Below are positions 48,173-56,348 of a stretch of 56,646 nt of DNA, piece after piece. A model generated the notes under the pieces. The model was not told the origin of the DNA. It ran no database searches and worked only from the letters and a program-made list of their open reading frames with translations. The stretch lies in contig CAZTEJ010000001.1 of the NCBI GenBank assembly GCA_964612605.1, forward strand, positions 1-56,646. Reading direction: 5' to 3'. Each line of letters opens with the position of its first letter. Position 1 is the first letter of the stretch. The position numbers and the translations under genes are program-made. The DNA is from an uncultured Clostridium sp. (GTDB lineage Bacteria > Bacillota_I > Bacilli_A > RF39 > UBA660).

Positions 48173-48382
48173 TTAATTACCTCCTAAAATTCTAACTATA
48201 ACTTTATACTTATTTACATTATTTAAGAAATCTTTATAAGATATCGTATGTATATTGGTTTTAGTTTCATTCCAAAAATGAAATTTAATACATTTTTGGT
48301 TATAAATTAAATCTTCAATAGATATTTCACTACTTTCTAATCCTGTTTTGTTTTCTATTAACCTTATAAATACTTTACTCAT
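48173..48382 (-). CDS. Hypothetical phage protein
   Basis: 69-aa ORF. Overlaps the upstream ORF by 8 nt. Confidence 0.5.
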   Translation of the reverse strand: MSKVFIRLIENKTGLESSEISIEDLIYNQKCIKFHFWNETKTNIHTISYKDFLNNVNKYKVIVRILGGN

Positions 48383-48812
48383 CTTCTACATCTCCAATTA
48401 TCTCTTTGTATTTTGATAGAACTTCTTTTAAAGTATCAAGTTTTCCCATTGTATATTCAGATATATTTGTTGGATTACCATCTGTTATTATCTTTATAGG
48501 TTGTTCTAAATATTTTATAAACTCTTTTTGTTGAGTTTTATATTCTTTTATTTCTATACGAACATCTTTGTAAGTATCTTGATATTCTTTTCTTAATCTT
48601 TTGTTTTCATCACGAAGTTTTATTTCAATGAGTATTCTTTGTGTATTTAATTCATTACTTGTTCTAAGTTGTTCCTTTAATTTATCTATTTCTTTATCTT
48701 TTTCATCTATTTCACTAGAAAAATATACACCATTTTCATATAATTCTAATTTTGATTTTAATTCTGCGTTTTCTTGTTCTAATATACCTATGTACTCTCC
48801 TCTATCTTTCAT
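48375..48812 (-). CDS. Hypothetical coiled-coil phage protein
   Basis: 145-aa Glu/Lys-rich ORF. Confidence 0.5.
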   Translation of the reverse strand: MKDRGEYIGILEQENAELKSKLELYENGVYFSSEIDEKDKEIDKLKEQLRTSNELNTQRILIEIKLRDENKRLRKEYQDTYKDVRIEIKEYKTQQKEFIKYLEQPIKIITDGNPTNISEYTMGKLDTLKEVLSKYKEIIGDVEDE

Positions 48813-49130
48813 TTATTCCACTTCCTTTAAAACTAAAATTTTATCTAAATCTCTTATTGCATAATTTATACCATCTATTAAATCTTGCTTTCTAGCATTA
48901 TAAGTTCTTGTATTATATAAAGTTTGTCTTGCTTGAAATACTTTATGTAATAAATTTTCTTTAAAATCTTTTTCTAAAACTTTTTCATAAGATAATTTGA
49001 CTTGTTCTAATTCTTTATACATTTGACCAATTCTTAATATCAAATAATAATCTTCAATATTGTCAAAATCATCTGCTATTTTTCCTTTATAACTATCAAT
49101 AAATTCTTTTACATCCTCATATTTATTCAT
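48813..49130 (-). CDS. Hypothetical phage protein
   Basis: 105-aa ORF abutting both neighbours. Confidence 0.5.
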   Translation of the reverse strand: MNKYEDVKEFIDSYKGKIADDFDNIEDYYLILRIGQMYKELEQVKLSYEKVLEKDFKENLLHKVFQARQTLYNTRTYNARKQDLIDGINYAIRDLDKILVLKEVE

Positions 49131-49271
49131 TTATTCCACTTCCTCTAATTCAAATAATTTATAATTATCAAATTTTCTAAAATTTGCATATTCTTTTAAA
49201 CCATCTAAATCATCAGAATAATAACTTTCTGTATGTCCTTTTTTTAAATAAACCAATAATAAATATTTCAT
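49131..49271 (-). CDS. Small phage ORF (46 aa)
   Basis: MKYLLLVYLKKGHTESYYSDDLDGLKEYANFRKFDNYKLFELEEVE. Its ATG overlaps the upstream stop (TAATG), and its stop abuts the next ATG. Below the track cutoff. Confidence 0.5.
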   Translation of the reverse strand: MKYLLLVYLKKGHTESYYSDDLDGLKEYANFRKFDNYKLFELEEVE

Positions 49272-49480
49272 TAATACCTCCTATAAATTGTTTTTAATTT
49301 ATAAAATCCTAATATTTTTACATATCTTTGTATTCTCATAATATCAAAATCAGAGCCCTTTGATACATTCTCAAAGTTATCGTTAAAAAAGCGATTATAT
49401 CTATATGGATCATTGACATTGTTTACTCTACCACTTCTATATGTAACAATATCACCAAATTTAATATCTTTTATTTTCAT
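49271..49480 (-). CDS. Hypothetical phage protein
   Basis: 69-aa ORF, tiled with its neighbours. Confidence 0.5.
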   Translation of the reverse strand: MKIKDIKFGDIVTYRSGRVNNVNDPYRYNRFFNDNFENVSKGSDFDIMRIQRYVKILGFYKLKTIYRRY

Positions 49481-49821
49481 TATGCCTCCTCAATACCATC
49501 TCTACCAAATAATTCTATATATTTATCTGGATTTAGACTTTTTATTATTCTTTTAACCTCATCCTCTGTTGTATCCTTAATAAATTCATCATAACCACTT
49601 GAAGCATTATAATGAAGGAAATAATTACCTTTTAATGTTCTATATATTTGAACAATAGTCCAATAAGAAAATGAATATCCTTTTTTAAACCAGCATTCAT
49701 TACCCTTTACCTTTTCTTGAAAATCAAAGATAATATATGCTCTATCAGTGTCATATATTTTATTATTTATTATTTTTTTCATTTTTCCAATCTCCACAGT
49801 AATAATATTGTTCTGCTTCAA
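49480..49821 (-). CDS. Hypothetical phage protein
   Basis: 113-aa ORF. The internal ATG at 49782 (MKKIINNK) after GGAGATTGG may be the true start. Confidence 0.5.
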   Translation of the reverse strand: MKQNNIITVEIGKMKKIINNKIYDTDRAYIIFDFQEKVKGNECWFKKGYSFSYWTIVQIYRTLKGNYFLHYNASSGYDEFIKDTTEDEVKRIIKSLNPDKYIELFGRDGIEEA

Positions 49822-49942
49822 ATTCTGTCATAGTATCAAATTGCATATGAAGTTCACTTAAAATATTTTCAATTTCTTCTTCTTTATATTCTAAACTTTT
49901 TAATGTTAATATAACATATCCTCTAACTGCATCATTTGTCAT
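49763..49942 (-). CDS. Small phage ORF (59 aa)
   Basis: MTNDAVRGYVILTLKSLEYKEEEIENILSELHMQFDTMTEFEAEQYYY... fills the 49822..49931 gap. One residue below the track cutoff. Confidence 0.45.
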   Translation of the reverse strand: MTNDAVRGYVILTLKSLEYKEEEIENILSELHMQFDTMTEFEAEQYYYCGDWKNEKNNK

Positions 49943-50282
49943 TTTTTTCCTCCTTAATAATCCTTGTTATTTGTCTATCAACTTTCTCTTTCATAACTTT
50001 TTTTATATCTTCTGTTGAAATATCATAATACAATTGAAATTGTTTTAACATAACCATAACATCTGCTATTTCCTCTTTAATTTGTTCTTTTGAATAATCT
50101 ACATTATTTACATTGAAAATAGGTGCTAATGCATTTGTTATTTCTAAACAAATTTTCTCAAATACACCTGTATTTCTTCTTTTTATAATTGCTTCATTTA
50201 ATTCAAATACTTCACTTTGAAAATATTTCAATTGCTTATCTATACCATAATGATTTATAATCTTTCTTAATTTTTTATTCAT
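49932..50282 (-). CDS. MazG-like nucleotide pyrophosphohydrolase
   Basis: 116 aa. LKYFQSEVFELNEAI and EEIADVMVMLKQF helices match the MazG/NTP-PPase EExxE/D pattern. Confidence 0.6.
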   Translation of the reverse strand: MNKKLRKIINHYGIDKQLKYFQSEVFELNEAIIKRRNTGVFEKICLEITNALAPIFNVNNVDYSKEQIKEEIADVMVMLKQFQLYYDISTEDIKKVMKEKVDRQITRIIKEEKNDK

Positions 50283-50584
50283 TTCTTATTACTCCTAACT
50301 TTTGAGTTTTTGTCTTCAAGTAGCATTTCTTTTAAAAGTTTATTTTTCTTTCGTAATCTTTTATTTTCTGCTATCAAATGTTCTATTTTAGTTGGCTCAT
50401 TTAATTTTTCCATAAATGTAGAATATAATTCATCACTTATAGTTCGTTTTAATGTTTCATTTTCAAGTTCCAAAGTATTTATCTTAACTTGCATTCTCCC
50501 CATTTTAGAGCAAGATAAAATTGCATTAATAATTTTATTATCTTTTTTACGCATATCAATACCTCCTTTTATCATCTTTATCAT
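50279..50584 (-). CDS. Hypothetical coiled-coil phage protein
   Basis: 101-aa ORF with 4-nt overlaps. Confidence 0.45.
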   Translation of the reverse strand: MIKMIKGGIDMRKKDNKIINAILSCSKMGRMQVKINTLELENETLKRTISDELYSTFMEKLNEPTKIEHLIAENKRLRKKNKLLKEMLLEDKNSKVRSNKK

Positions 50585-50855
50585 TTTGATTCAAATAGAT
50601 TCTTCCTAGATACATTGCCATTGTTGGACTTTTCTTTGCCATTTCAAATTGTATATTACGCAAAGTAATTTTTCCTTTTGTGATTTTAACACGATATACT
50701 TCGCTATAATCAGCATCATAAGTTTCCTTGCACCAATTTCTTAAATATTGTTCACTACAATTTAATGCTCCACATATTTCATCATTAGTGCATTGTAATG
50801 CACATAACTTTTCAAAAAAATCTTTACCAATTTTAGGTTGATTATTCATCGGCAT
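50556..50855 (-). CDS. Small HTH-type phage protein
   Basis: 99 aa. CTNDEICGALNCSEQYLRNW resembles a helix-turn-helix. Confidence 0.4.
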   Translation of the reverse strand: MPMNNQPKIGKDFFEKLCALQCTNDEICGALNCSEQYLRNWCKETYDADYSEVYRVKITKGKITLRNIQFEMAKKSPTMAMYLGRIYLNQNDKDDKRRY

Positions 50856-52008
50856 TATTCACAATTAATTCAGCCTTTTTATTTGTGAATTTCTCCCATC
50901 TGTCAATAATTACATCACAATATCTAGGGTCTAATTCCATCGTATAAGATATTCTATTAAGTTGTTCACAAGCAATTAATGTTGACCCACTTCCTCCGAA
51001 TACATCTAACACAATATTCTTTTCTTTACTTGAATTTTTAATTAAATATGCTATTAACTCAACTGGTTTCATTGTTGGATGTTCTGTATTTTTTACTGGT
51101 TTATTAAACTCTAATACCGTGCTTAATGTTCTATCATCAATAAAATAATGACTTGCTCCAGTTTTCCATCCATATAAAATAGGTTCATGTCTCCATTGAT
51201 AATCTTGTCTTCCCATAACAAATGATTGTTTTACCCATACCAAGCACTCTGCTAGTTTAAATCCTGACTCTTTAAATGCTTTTCTAAAATTTAAACCTTC
51301 CGTATCACTATGAAATACATATATAGAGCCACCACTTTTAACATTTTCAAATAAATTATCAAAAGTCCTCTTTAAAAAATCATAAAAATTATTATCAGAC
51401 ATATTATCATTCATAATCTTTAAATTATCTTCTGTCTTACCTTCATAATTAACATTATATGGAGGGTCAGTAACAATTAAATCAGCAACATTGTTATTCA
51501 TTAATTTTTTTAAATGATTTATATTAGTAATGTCTCCACACATAAGAAAATGATTTCCTAATTTGTAAATATCACCCATTTTACTTTTTGGTTCTTTTGG
51601 AAGTTCTACCTCATACTCATCATCTATTACATCTTTTAAGTCCTTTTCAATATTAAAATCAAATAATTCAATATCAAAATCCATAAAACTTTCCAATTCT
51701 AAATTTAATAATTCTTTGTTCCAAGTTGCAAACTCGTTTGATTTATTATCTACTAACCTGAATGCTTTTATTTGTTCATCTGACAAATCATCAGCAACAA
51801 TACAAGGAACTTCTGTTATACCAAGTTTTTTAGATGCTTTATATCTAGTATGTCCTGCAACTATAATATTGTTTTTATCAACTAAAATTGGTACTTTAAA
51901 GCCAAATTCTTTTATAGAATTAGCGACATAATCAACTGCACCATCGTTGTTTCTAGGATTATTTTCATATTCTCTTAACTCATCTATACTTTTATTTACA
52001 ATTTGCAT
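50842..52008 (-). CDS. ParB-like nuclease domain fused to an N6-adenine/N4-cytosine DNA methyltransferase (orphan)
   Basis: 388 aa. N-terminal ParB-type ELREYENNPRNN..VAGHTRYKA. The methylase domain has IVTDPPYNVNY (DPPY) and VLDVFGGSGST (AdoMet-binding FxGxG). No adjacent restriction gene. Confidence 0.85.
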   Translation of the reverse strand: MQIVNKSIDELREYENNPRNNDGAVDYVANSIKEFGFKVPILVDKNNIIVAGHTRYKASKKLGITEVPCIVADDLSDEQIKAFRLVDNKSNEFATWNKELLNLELESFMDFDIELFDFNIEKDLKDVIDDEYEVELPKEPKSKMGDIYKLGNHFLMCGDITNINHLKKLMNNNVADLIVTDPPYNVNYEGKTEDNLKIMNDNMSDNNFYDFLKRTFDNLFENVKSGGSIYVFHSDTEGLNFRKAFKESGFKLAECLVWVKQSFVMGRQDYQWRHEPILYGWKTGASHYFIDDRTLSTVLEFNKPVKNTEHPTMKPVELIAYLIKNSSKEKNIVLDVFGGSGSTLIACEQLNRISYTMELDPRYCDVIIDRWEKFTNKKAELIVNNADE

Positions 52009-52071
52009 AAATATCCTCCAATAACATAAGTCCCCTTTTTATTCTTGTTTAAATATATATATATTTACCTT

Positions 52072-52308
52072 TTAGTAAACATAATCCGATAGAAATTTAA
52101 TATCATCCATAAATTCTCTTGATATTTCCGTTTTATTTTCTCTTGAATATTCATTATGTTCAGATATAAAGTAAATCCTACCATTTTCAATGTAAATTGA
52201 ATAAATACAATTTATTCCAACATAATTTTTATAAATAATATCATTACTTACAGTAAATCCTCTATTTATTAATTCTAATATTTCTATTTGTTTTCTTGTA
52301 AATTTCAT
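52072..52308 (-). CDS. Hypothetical phage protein
   Basis: 78-aa ORF. Confidence 0.45.
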   Translation of the reverse strand: MKFTRKQIEILELINRGFTVSNDIIYKNYVGINCIYSIYIENGRIYFISEHNEYSRENKTEISREFMDDIKFLSDYVY

Positions 52309-52610
52309 TAATTTGAACCTCTTTTTTCTAAATATTCATTTACTAAATTATTATCTGTTGATGATATAATTTCACATTCATTTTTATATGTAATAGTAAA
52401 ACTTCCACCATATTTATCAAATACTTCAAATTCTTTTATTGCTGGATTTATATCGGTTGCTTTTTCAATTATTTTAGACCTTGAACATCTTACAAAATTC
52501 CAATATTTTTTACTTCTAATAAATGATGCAAAATCTTGTCTCCATTGCTTATGATTAAAATTAACTGTTAATTTTTTGGCATCCCATATATTGCGATAAG
52601 TTCTTGCCAT
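52308..52610 (-). CDS. Hypothetical phage protein
   Basis: 100-aa ORF. Its stop overlaps the next ATG. Confidence 0.45.
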   Translation of the reverse strand: MARTYRNIWDAKKLTVNFNHKQWRQDFASFIRSKKYWNFVRCSRSKIIEKATDINPAIKEFEVFDKYGGSFTITYKNECEIISSTDNNLVNEYLEKRGSN

Positions 52611-52622
52611 AATTACTCCCTT

Positions 52623-52904
52623 CTAAATAAGTTTTTCTTTTTTTATTTGTTCTTCAATTTCTCTTAACAACTGTTCTCTAATTCTACAATTATTATCTTT
52701 AGGTGTAATTATTCTTCTTGCAATTTCATTATTTCTTTGTTTCCTAACTGAATTGTAAAAATTATAATTTCTTTGATGTAATAATAATAATTCTTTATGT
52801 TTCTTTTCTATTTCTTTTAAAGCCTTAATATATTTAAAATCAAGAATTATTACTATATTCATTGCTATCAATATATCGATTATACAAATAATAAACCAAA
52901 TCAT
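52623..52904 (-). CDS. Small membrane-anchored phage protein
   Basis: 93 aa with an N-terminal TM (IWFIICIIDILIAMNIVIIL) and a basic tail. Confidence 0.45.
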   Translation of the reverse strand: MIWFIICIIDILIAMNIVIILDFKYIKALKEIEKKHKELLLLHQRNYNFYNSVRKQRNNEIARRIITPKDNNCRIREQLLREIEEQIKKEKLI

Positions 52905-53161
52905 TTGTTAAAATCTCCTAAAACTGCATCTGTGATTATTTTTCTTGTTTCAGCATTGATTGGATGACATACATCCATAAATTTACCATCAATTGTTTTT
53001 CGACTAGGAAATGCTATAAACAAACCTTTTTCATCTCCACCATCTATTATTCTAATATCTTCTACTGCAAAACTATTATTTAAAACTACCCTTGCAATAC
53101 CAACCATTTTTGACCCCTCACATTTTTCTACTTTTGTAGTTTGTACTCTTGTAACATTCAT
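52901..53161 (-). CDS. spoVG: SpoVG-family protein, phage-encoded
   Basis: 86 aa. VGIARVVLNNSFAVEDIRIIDG..GLFIAFPSRKTIDGKFMDVCHPINAETRKII closely follows the SpoVG consensus. Confidence 0.8.
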   Translation of the reverse strand: MNVTRVQTTKVEKCEGSKMVGIARVVLNNSFAVEDIRIIDGGDEKGLFIAFPSRKTIDGKFMDVCHPINAETRKIITDAVLGDFNK

Positions 53162-53172
53162 TTCTTATCCTC

Positions 53173-53634
53173 CTAATAATTTTTATAATATTTTTTTAAT
53201 TCATTTATTGTTGGTGTTTTTCTTTGATTTGGCTTTTTCTTTAATTCAACAATTAGCCTATTTATTAATTCCATCATTTCTTTTCTTTCTTTTTTAAGTT
53301 TATTATTTGACCTTTTAAGTCCTCCAATAGCACCAACTTTTTGATGTTCTTTATGTTTTAAATCAGATATTTTATTAAACAAAATCTCTTTTTCATTTTC
53401 TGCTTGTTTTTTAAATAACTCATGTATGAATTGTAGTTTGTCATATTCTTTCTTACTATGTTCTAAATGAGAATAATATAGTTTATTATCTGATTTTAAT
53501 TGATTAATTTTATCTACATTTTTTTGTATTTCTTTTTCTTTGTTATTATTTTGAAGTTCTAAATCTATTATTTCTGTTTTTAATTCTTCTAGTTCTTTTT
53601 TTTGTTTTAGATATTTATAAATAAACATTAACAA
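53173..53634 (-). CDS. Hypothetical coiled-coil, basic phage protein
   Basis: 153-aa Lys/Glu-rich ORF. Confidence 0.45.
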   Translation of the reverse strand: MLMFIYKYLKQKKELEELKTEIIDLELQNNNKEKEIQKNVDKINQLKSDNKLYYSHLEHSKKEYDKLQFIHELFKKQAENEKEILFNKISDLKHKEHQKVGAIGGLKRSNNKLKKERKEMMELINRLIVELKKKPNQRKTPTINELKKYYKNY

Positions 53635-53706
53635 CCTCCTTCTTTATTTTTTAAAATTAATTTTTAAAAATTTCCTATTGACATTTTTAAAAAAAGTATT
53701 ATTATA

Positions 53707-54402
53707 TTATCCATCGTTTGTTTCCGAGTCATTCAACCAGTCATAATCAAAAATTTCCACATTAGTATTACTTGCAGGTTGATAATCTCGGTTTTTTATT
53801 CTCTCCTCATTTTCTTTTACATCCTGTAATGATTTATAACCTTGTGATTTCCAATTTCTTAAAATACCTTCAACATATTGAAATTTCTGCTTTCTGTTTA
53901 AAATAGAAATTTGAATCGCATATTGGAGCATATCTTCATTAAACTCTTTTGACCATTCATTTATTTTTTGTATTTCTATTGATGATAATGTTCTTCCATA
54001 ATTTTGTTCTATATAAGAATATAAATTATTAATATTATATTTATTATTAATATTTTCTTCTTTACAACTACCATTAACATCTACATTATCATTAACAATA
54101 ACATTAACATTAACATCTTGATGTGCTTTTGTTTTGTTTTCATTTTGATTTTCATTTGTTTTTATTTTGTTTTCATTTTGATTTTCATTTGAAGTATTGC
54201 TTGAACCTGCTTTACTTCTTTTTTTACTTTTATCCAGTGGTCGTTTTAAATTAGTAAATATTTTCATTTGTTTTTCATTTAAAGTAGGTATAGTATCTTC
54301 AAACATATACTTAACAATTGCTAATAATAATTCTTGTTGGTCTTTTTCAGTTAATAAGGTTATTAATTCGTAATATTCTTTATAAATAGTAAAACCATTC
54401 AT
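53707..54402 (-). CDS. Phage replisome organiser with a C-terminal DnaD domain
   Basis: 231 aa. N-terminal FTIYKEYYELITLLTEKDQQELLLAIVKYMFED (phage replication-protein N-terminus). C-terminal YIEQNYGRTLSSIEIQKINEW..YVEGILRNWKSQG is a DnaD-type domain. Confidence 0.75.
   Translation of the reverse strand: MNGFTIYKEYYELITLLTEKDQQELLLAIVKYMFEDTIPTLNEKQMKIFTNLKRPLDKSKKRSKAGSSNTSNENQNENKIKTNENQNENKTKAHQDVNVNVIVNDNVDVNGSCKEENINNKYNINNLYSYIEQNYGRTLSSIEIQKINEWSKEFNEDMLQYAIQISILNRKQKFQYVEGILRNWKSQGYKSLQDVKENEERIKNRDYQPASNTNVEIFDYDWLNDSETNDG
54132..54191. repeat. Tandem duplication (33-bp period, 27-bp identical core) inside the DnaD-like gene
   Basis: TTTTGTTTTCATTTTGATTTTCATTTG at 54132..54158 and 54165..54191. 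Encodes NENQNENKIKT/NENQNENKTKA. Confidence 0.8.
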
Positions 54403-54536
54403 TATCTGCCCTCCTTAACTATACCTATCTTTTGACTTACACTTTAAATAATGATATAATTAAAGTGTAAGTTTATTAGATAGATTTACAATTTTTATAA
54501 AGAATTATGGGTCGTCAAATTATCATAATTCTTTTT

Positions 54537-54824
54537 TTATTCTGCATTAATATCACCACTGCATATTTGAATTCCATATTTATAGCCTTTACATACATTA
54601 CCATTTGATTTTGTATATTCAGGTGCAGTTATAATACCAGCCATAGAATAAATAATATATATTACTATTAAAATACTAAATAATGCACTTATCAGATAAT
54701 CCCAATGAAATCTCAAATGATGCTCTGATAAATACCTTTGAAATTTTGCACCATAATATGTTGATGCAGTTATTACTATTGCTATTAAACATATAACAAC
54801 TAGTGTAAATAATAATTTTTCCAT
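54537..54824 (-). CDS. Small two-TM membrane protein (early region)
   Basis: 95 aa with two hydrophobic helices and a Cys-containing C-terminus. Confidence 0.5.
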   Translation of the reverse strand: MEKLLFTLVVICLIAIVITASTYYGAKFQRYLSEHHLRFHWDYLISALFSILIVIYIIYSMAGIITAPEYTKSNGNVCKGYKYGIQICSGDINAE

Positions 54825-54842
54825 TTTATTTGTGTCCTTTCC

Positions 54843-54977
54843 TTATGAGTAAAGAGTTTTAAATTTCTCATTCACTCTATCAATCATTTTTGAATATTCT
54901 TCATCTGTTTTAGGATTAGCAACAACAACAATTAATTTTTTTTTGGATTGTTTTTGATTTATATTTTTTTGTTTCAT
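54843..54977 (-). CDS. Small basic phage ORF (44 aa)
   Basis: MKQKNINQKQSKKKLIVVVANPKTDEEYSKMIDRVNEKFKTLYS, in the gap downstream of the cro-like gene. Weak RBS. Below the track cutoff. Confidence 0.35.
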   Translation of the reverse strand: MKQKNINQKQSKKKLIVVVANPKTDEEYSKMIDRVNEKFKTLYS

Positions 54978-55021
54978 TTCTATTCCCTTTCGATGACTAT
55001 TTTTGAATTTCGTGGTTTAAA

Positions 55022-55258
55022 TTATTCAGATTTCTGAACTTGCTTTGTAAAAAAATATAATGGTATATCATAATCATTTATGCCTAATATTTCACAAGCC
55101 TTCAATATTTCACTCGATTTAAAATCAATTTTCCCTTGCAATTTTAAATATGTAGTTCTTTCTGATAAATTCATTTGTTTTGCAAATTCACGTTTTGATT
55201 TTAATTTTTCAGTTATTAAACCTGATAATTTGTCCAGCACAATTTCATTATCTATCAT
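55022..55258 (-). CDS. Cro-like XRE-family HTH regulator
   Basis: 78 aa. KSKREFAKQMNLSERTTYLKLQG helix-turn-helix. GGAGGTGG RBS. Divergent from the repressor gene. Confidence 0.75.
   Translation of the reverse strand: MIDNEIVLDKLSGLITEKLKSKREFAKQMNLSERTTYLKLQGKIDFKSSEILKACEILGINDYDIPLYFFTKQVQKSE
55024..55039. promoter_or_regulatory. Operator-like palindrome, copy 1 (inside the 3' end of the cro-like gene)
   Basis: ATTCAG-ATTT-CTGAAC. Same 16-bp motif as the two intergenic copies. Confidence 0.5.
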
Positions 55259-55283
55259 TTATTACCACCTCCTATTTTCTGTT

Positions 55284-55299
55284 GTTCAGTTTTCTGAAC
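55284..55299. promoter_or_regulatory. Operator palindrome, copy 2 (between the cro promoter -10 and the cro RBS)
   Basis: GTTCAG-TTTT-CTGAAC, a perfect inverted repeat. Minus-strand TTGACA (55335..55330) and TGTTATAAA (-10 hexamer 55314..55309) lie just upstream of it. Confidence 0.65.
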
Positions 55300-55343
55300 T
55301 ATATTAAGTTTATAACATAATATTTTAATTGTCAATACTTTTC

Positions 55344-55359
55344 TTTCAGAAATCTGAAC
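55344..55359. promoter_or_regulatory. Operator palindrome, copy 3 (between the divergent promoters)
   Basis: TTTCAG-AAAT-CTGAAC. It lies between the cro-side TTGACA and a plus-strand TTGTTT-N17-TATAAT (55367..55395) ahead of the repressor gene. Confidence 0.65.
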
Positions 55360-55414
55360 TTTTTTATTGTTTTTTACAAAAATATATATTATAATACTTA
55401 TGGAGGTTGAAATT

Positions 55415-55852
55415 ATGAGGAGAGAAAGTACTTCAGCAAGACTAAAACAGTTAATGAAAGAAAGAAATTTAAAACAAATTGATGTCCTAAAAAAATGTGA
55501 ACCAGTTAGCAATAAATATACATTTGGAAATGGCAAAAAAGTTAAAATTTCTAAATCCGATTTAAGCCAATGGTTATCTGGAAAATATGAGCCAGGTCAA
55601 TGGAAACTAACAATATTAGCAGAAGCACTTGATACAAATGAAGTATGGCTTATGGGAATGGATGTTCCTAATGTACCAAAAGAGGAATATCAAAAAGTAA
55701 TTAATGAAAAAGAAAAAAAACAATTACTAAAAGACTTTTTAACTGAAAAAGGTTTTTTAAATGAAAATGAGGAAATGTCAGAAGAAAATTTTGACAGACT
55801 AATTACTTTGGCAAAAGCAAATAAACAAGTTATTATGAACAAAAAAAAGTAG
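55415..55852 (+). CDS. CI-like XRE-family repressor
   Basis: Preferred start is ATG 55415 (MRRESTSARLKQLMKERNLKQIDV, 145 aa) after a GGAGG RBS, not the track start at 55367. N-terminal HTH. Shares an LAEAL..EVWLMG motif with the next ORF. Confidence 0.75.
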   Translation: MRRESTSARLKQLMKERNLKQIDVLKKCEPVSNKYTFGNGKKVKISKSDLSQWLSGKYEPGQWKLTILAEALDTNEVWLMGMDVPNVPKEEYQKVINEKEKKQLLKDFLTEKGFLNENEEMSEENFDRLITLAKANKQVIMNKKK

Positions 55853-56018
55853 AATATTAAAACATTCCACTAATAAGACATAAAAATAAAAACTGGTCAA
55901 TTTCTAATCTGCTTAATTCATAATAAAAATCTTCATATTTCATTCATTCCCCCTCCTTTAGAAAAAATATTATATATTGAATAATTGAAATTTAATAGTA
56001 TTATATAGGTGGTGAAAT

Positions 56019-56348
56019 ATGAATAAAACTGATTTTAGTAAAAGATTAAAAAACGCAATGCAATTAAGAAAAACAACTGCATCAACTTTATCAAAGAAAA
56101 CAGGCATCAAGCCTCCAATGATAAGCGACTATTTATCAGGTAAATATAATGCTAAACAAGACAAAATTCATTTATTAGCAGAAGCATTAAATGTTAATGA
56201 ATTTTGGCTTATGGGATATGATGCAGATATTGAAAGAATACCAAATAAATTAAATGATAATAAGAATAAAGATTTAATTGATAAAATTAATAATTTAACA
56301 AGTGAACAAAAGGATATCATATTAAAACTAATTGATAATATGAAATAA
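56019..56348 (+). CDS. Second XRE-family HTH regulator (paralogue of the CI-like protein)
   Basis: 109 aa. FSKRLKNAMQLRKTTASTLSKKTGIKPPMISDYLSGKY HTH. LLAEALNVNEFWLMGYD parallels ILAEALDTNEVWLMGMD in the CI-like protein. Confidence 0.7.
   Translation: MNKTDFSKRLKNAMQLRKTTASTLSKKTGIKPPMISDYLSGKYNAKQDKIHLLAEALNVNEFWLMGYDADIERIPNKLNDNKNKDLIDKINNLTSEQKDIILKLIDNMK

Noticed and set aside
53678-53706. Near-consensus plus-strand promoter TTGACA-N17-ATTATA pointing antisense into the DnaD-like gene
   Set aside because: Such matches arise easily in ~75% A+T DNA, and no plus-strand ORF or recognisable RNA lies downstream. It is noted only as a possible antisense promoter.
40496-54191. Short tandem repeats (40496..40551, 46391..46432, 54132..54191) as CRISPR arrays
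   Set aside because: Each has only 2-3 directly adjacent copies with no spacers, and two of the three lie inside coding sequence and encode low-complexity peptide repeats.
2156-55307. Short ORFs in the supplied track that are antisense to, or nested in, long well-supported genes. Examples are 2156..2344, 6039..6251, 10586..10795, 11643..12261, 16803..17326, 19536..20237, 22683..22978, 25836..26018, 29897..30106, 33467..33898, 35581..37136, 37877..38083, 40326..40825, 41194..41982, 42344..42930, 44384..45143, 46576..46839, 48601..48864, 50310..50609, 51716..51931 and 55080..55307.
   Set aside because: Their translations are low-complexity (Ile/Leu/Phe/Ser/Asn-rich), typical of mirror frames in AT-rich DNA. 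They lack RBSs, and each overlaps a gene with clear family motifs.
55255-55536. 93-aa minus-strand ORF spanning the switch region
   Set aside because: It runs through the divergent promoter/operator region and antisense into the CI-like gene. It has no RBS and a low-complexity hydrophobic translation.
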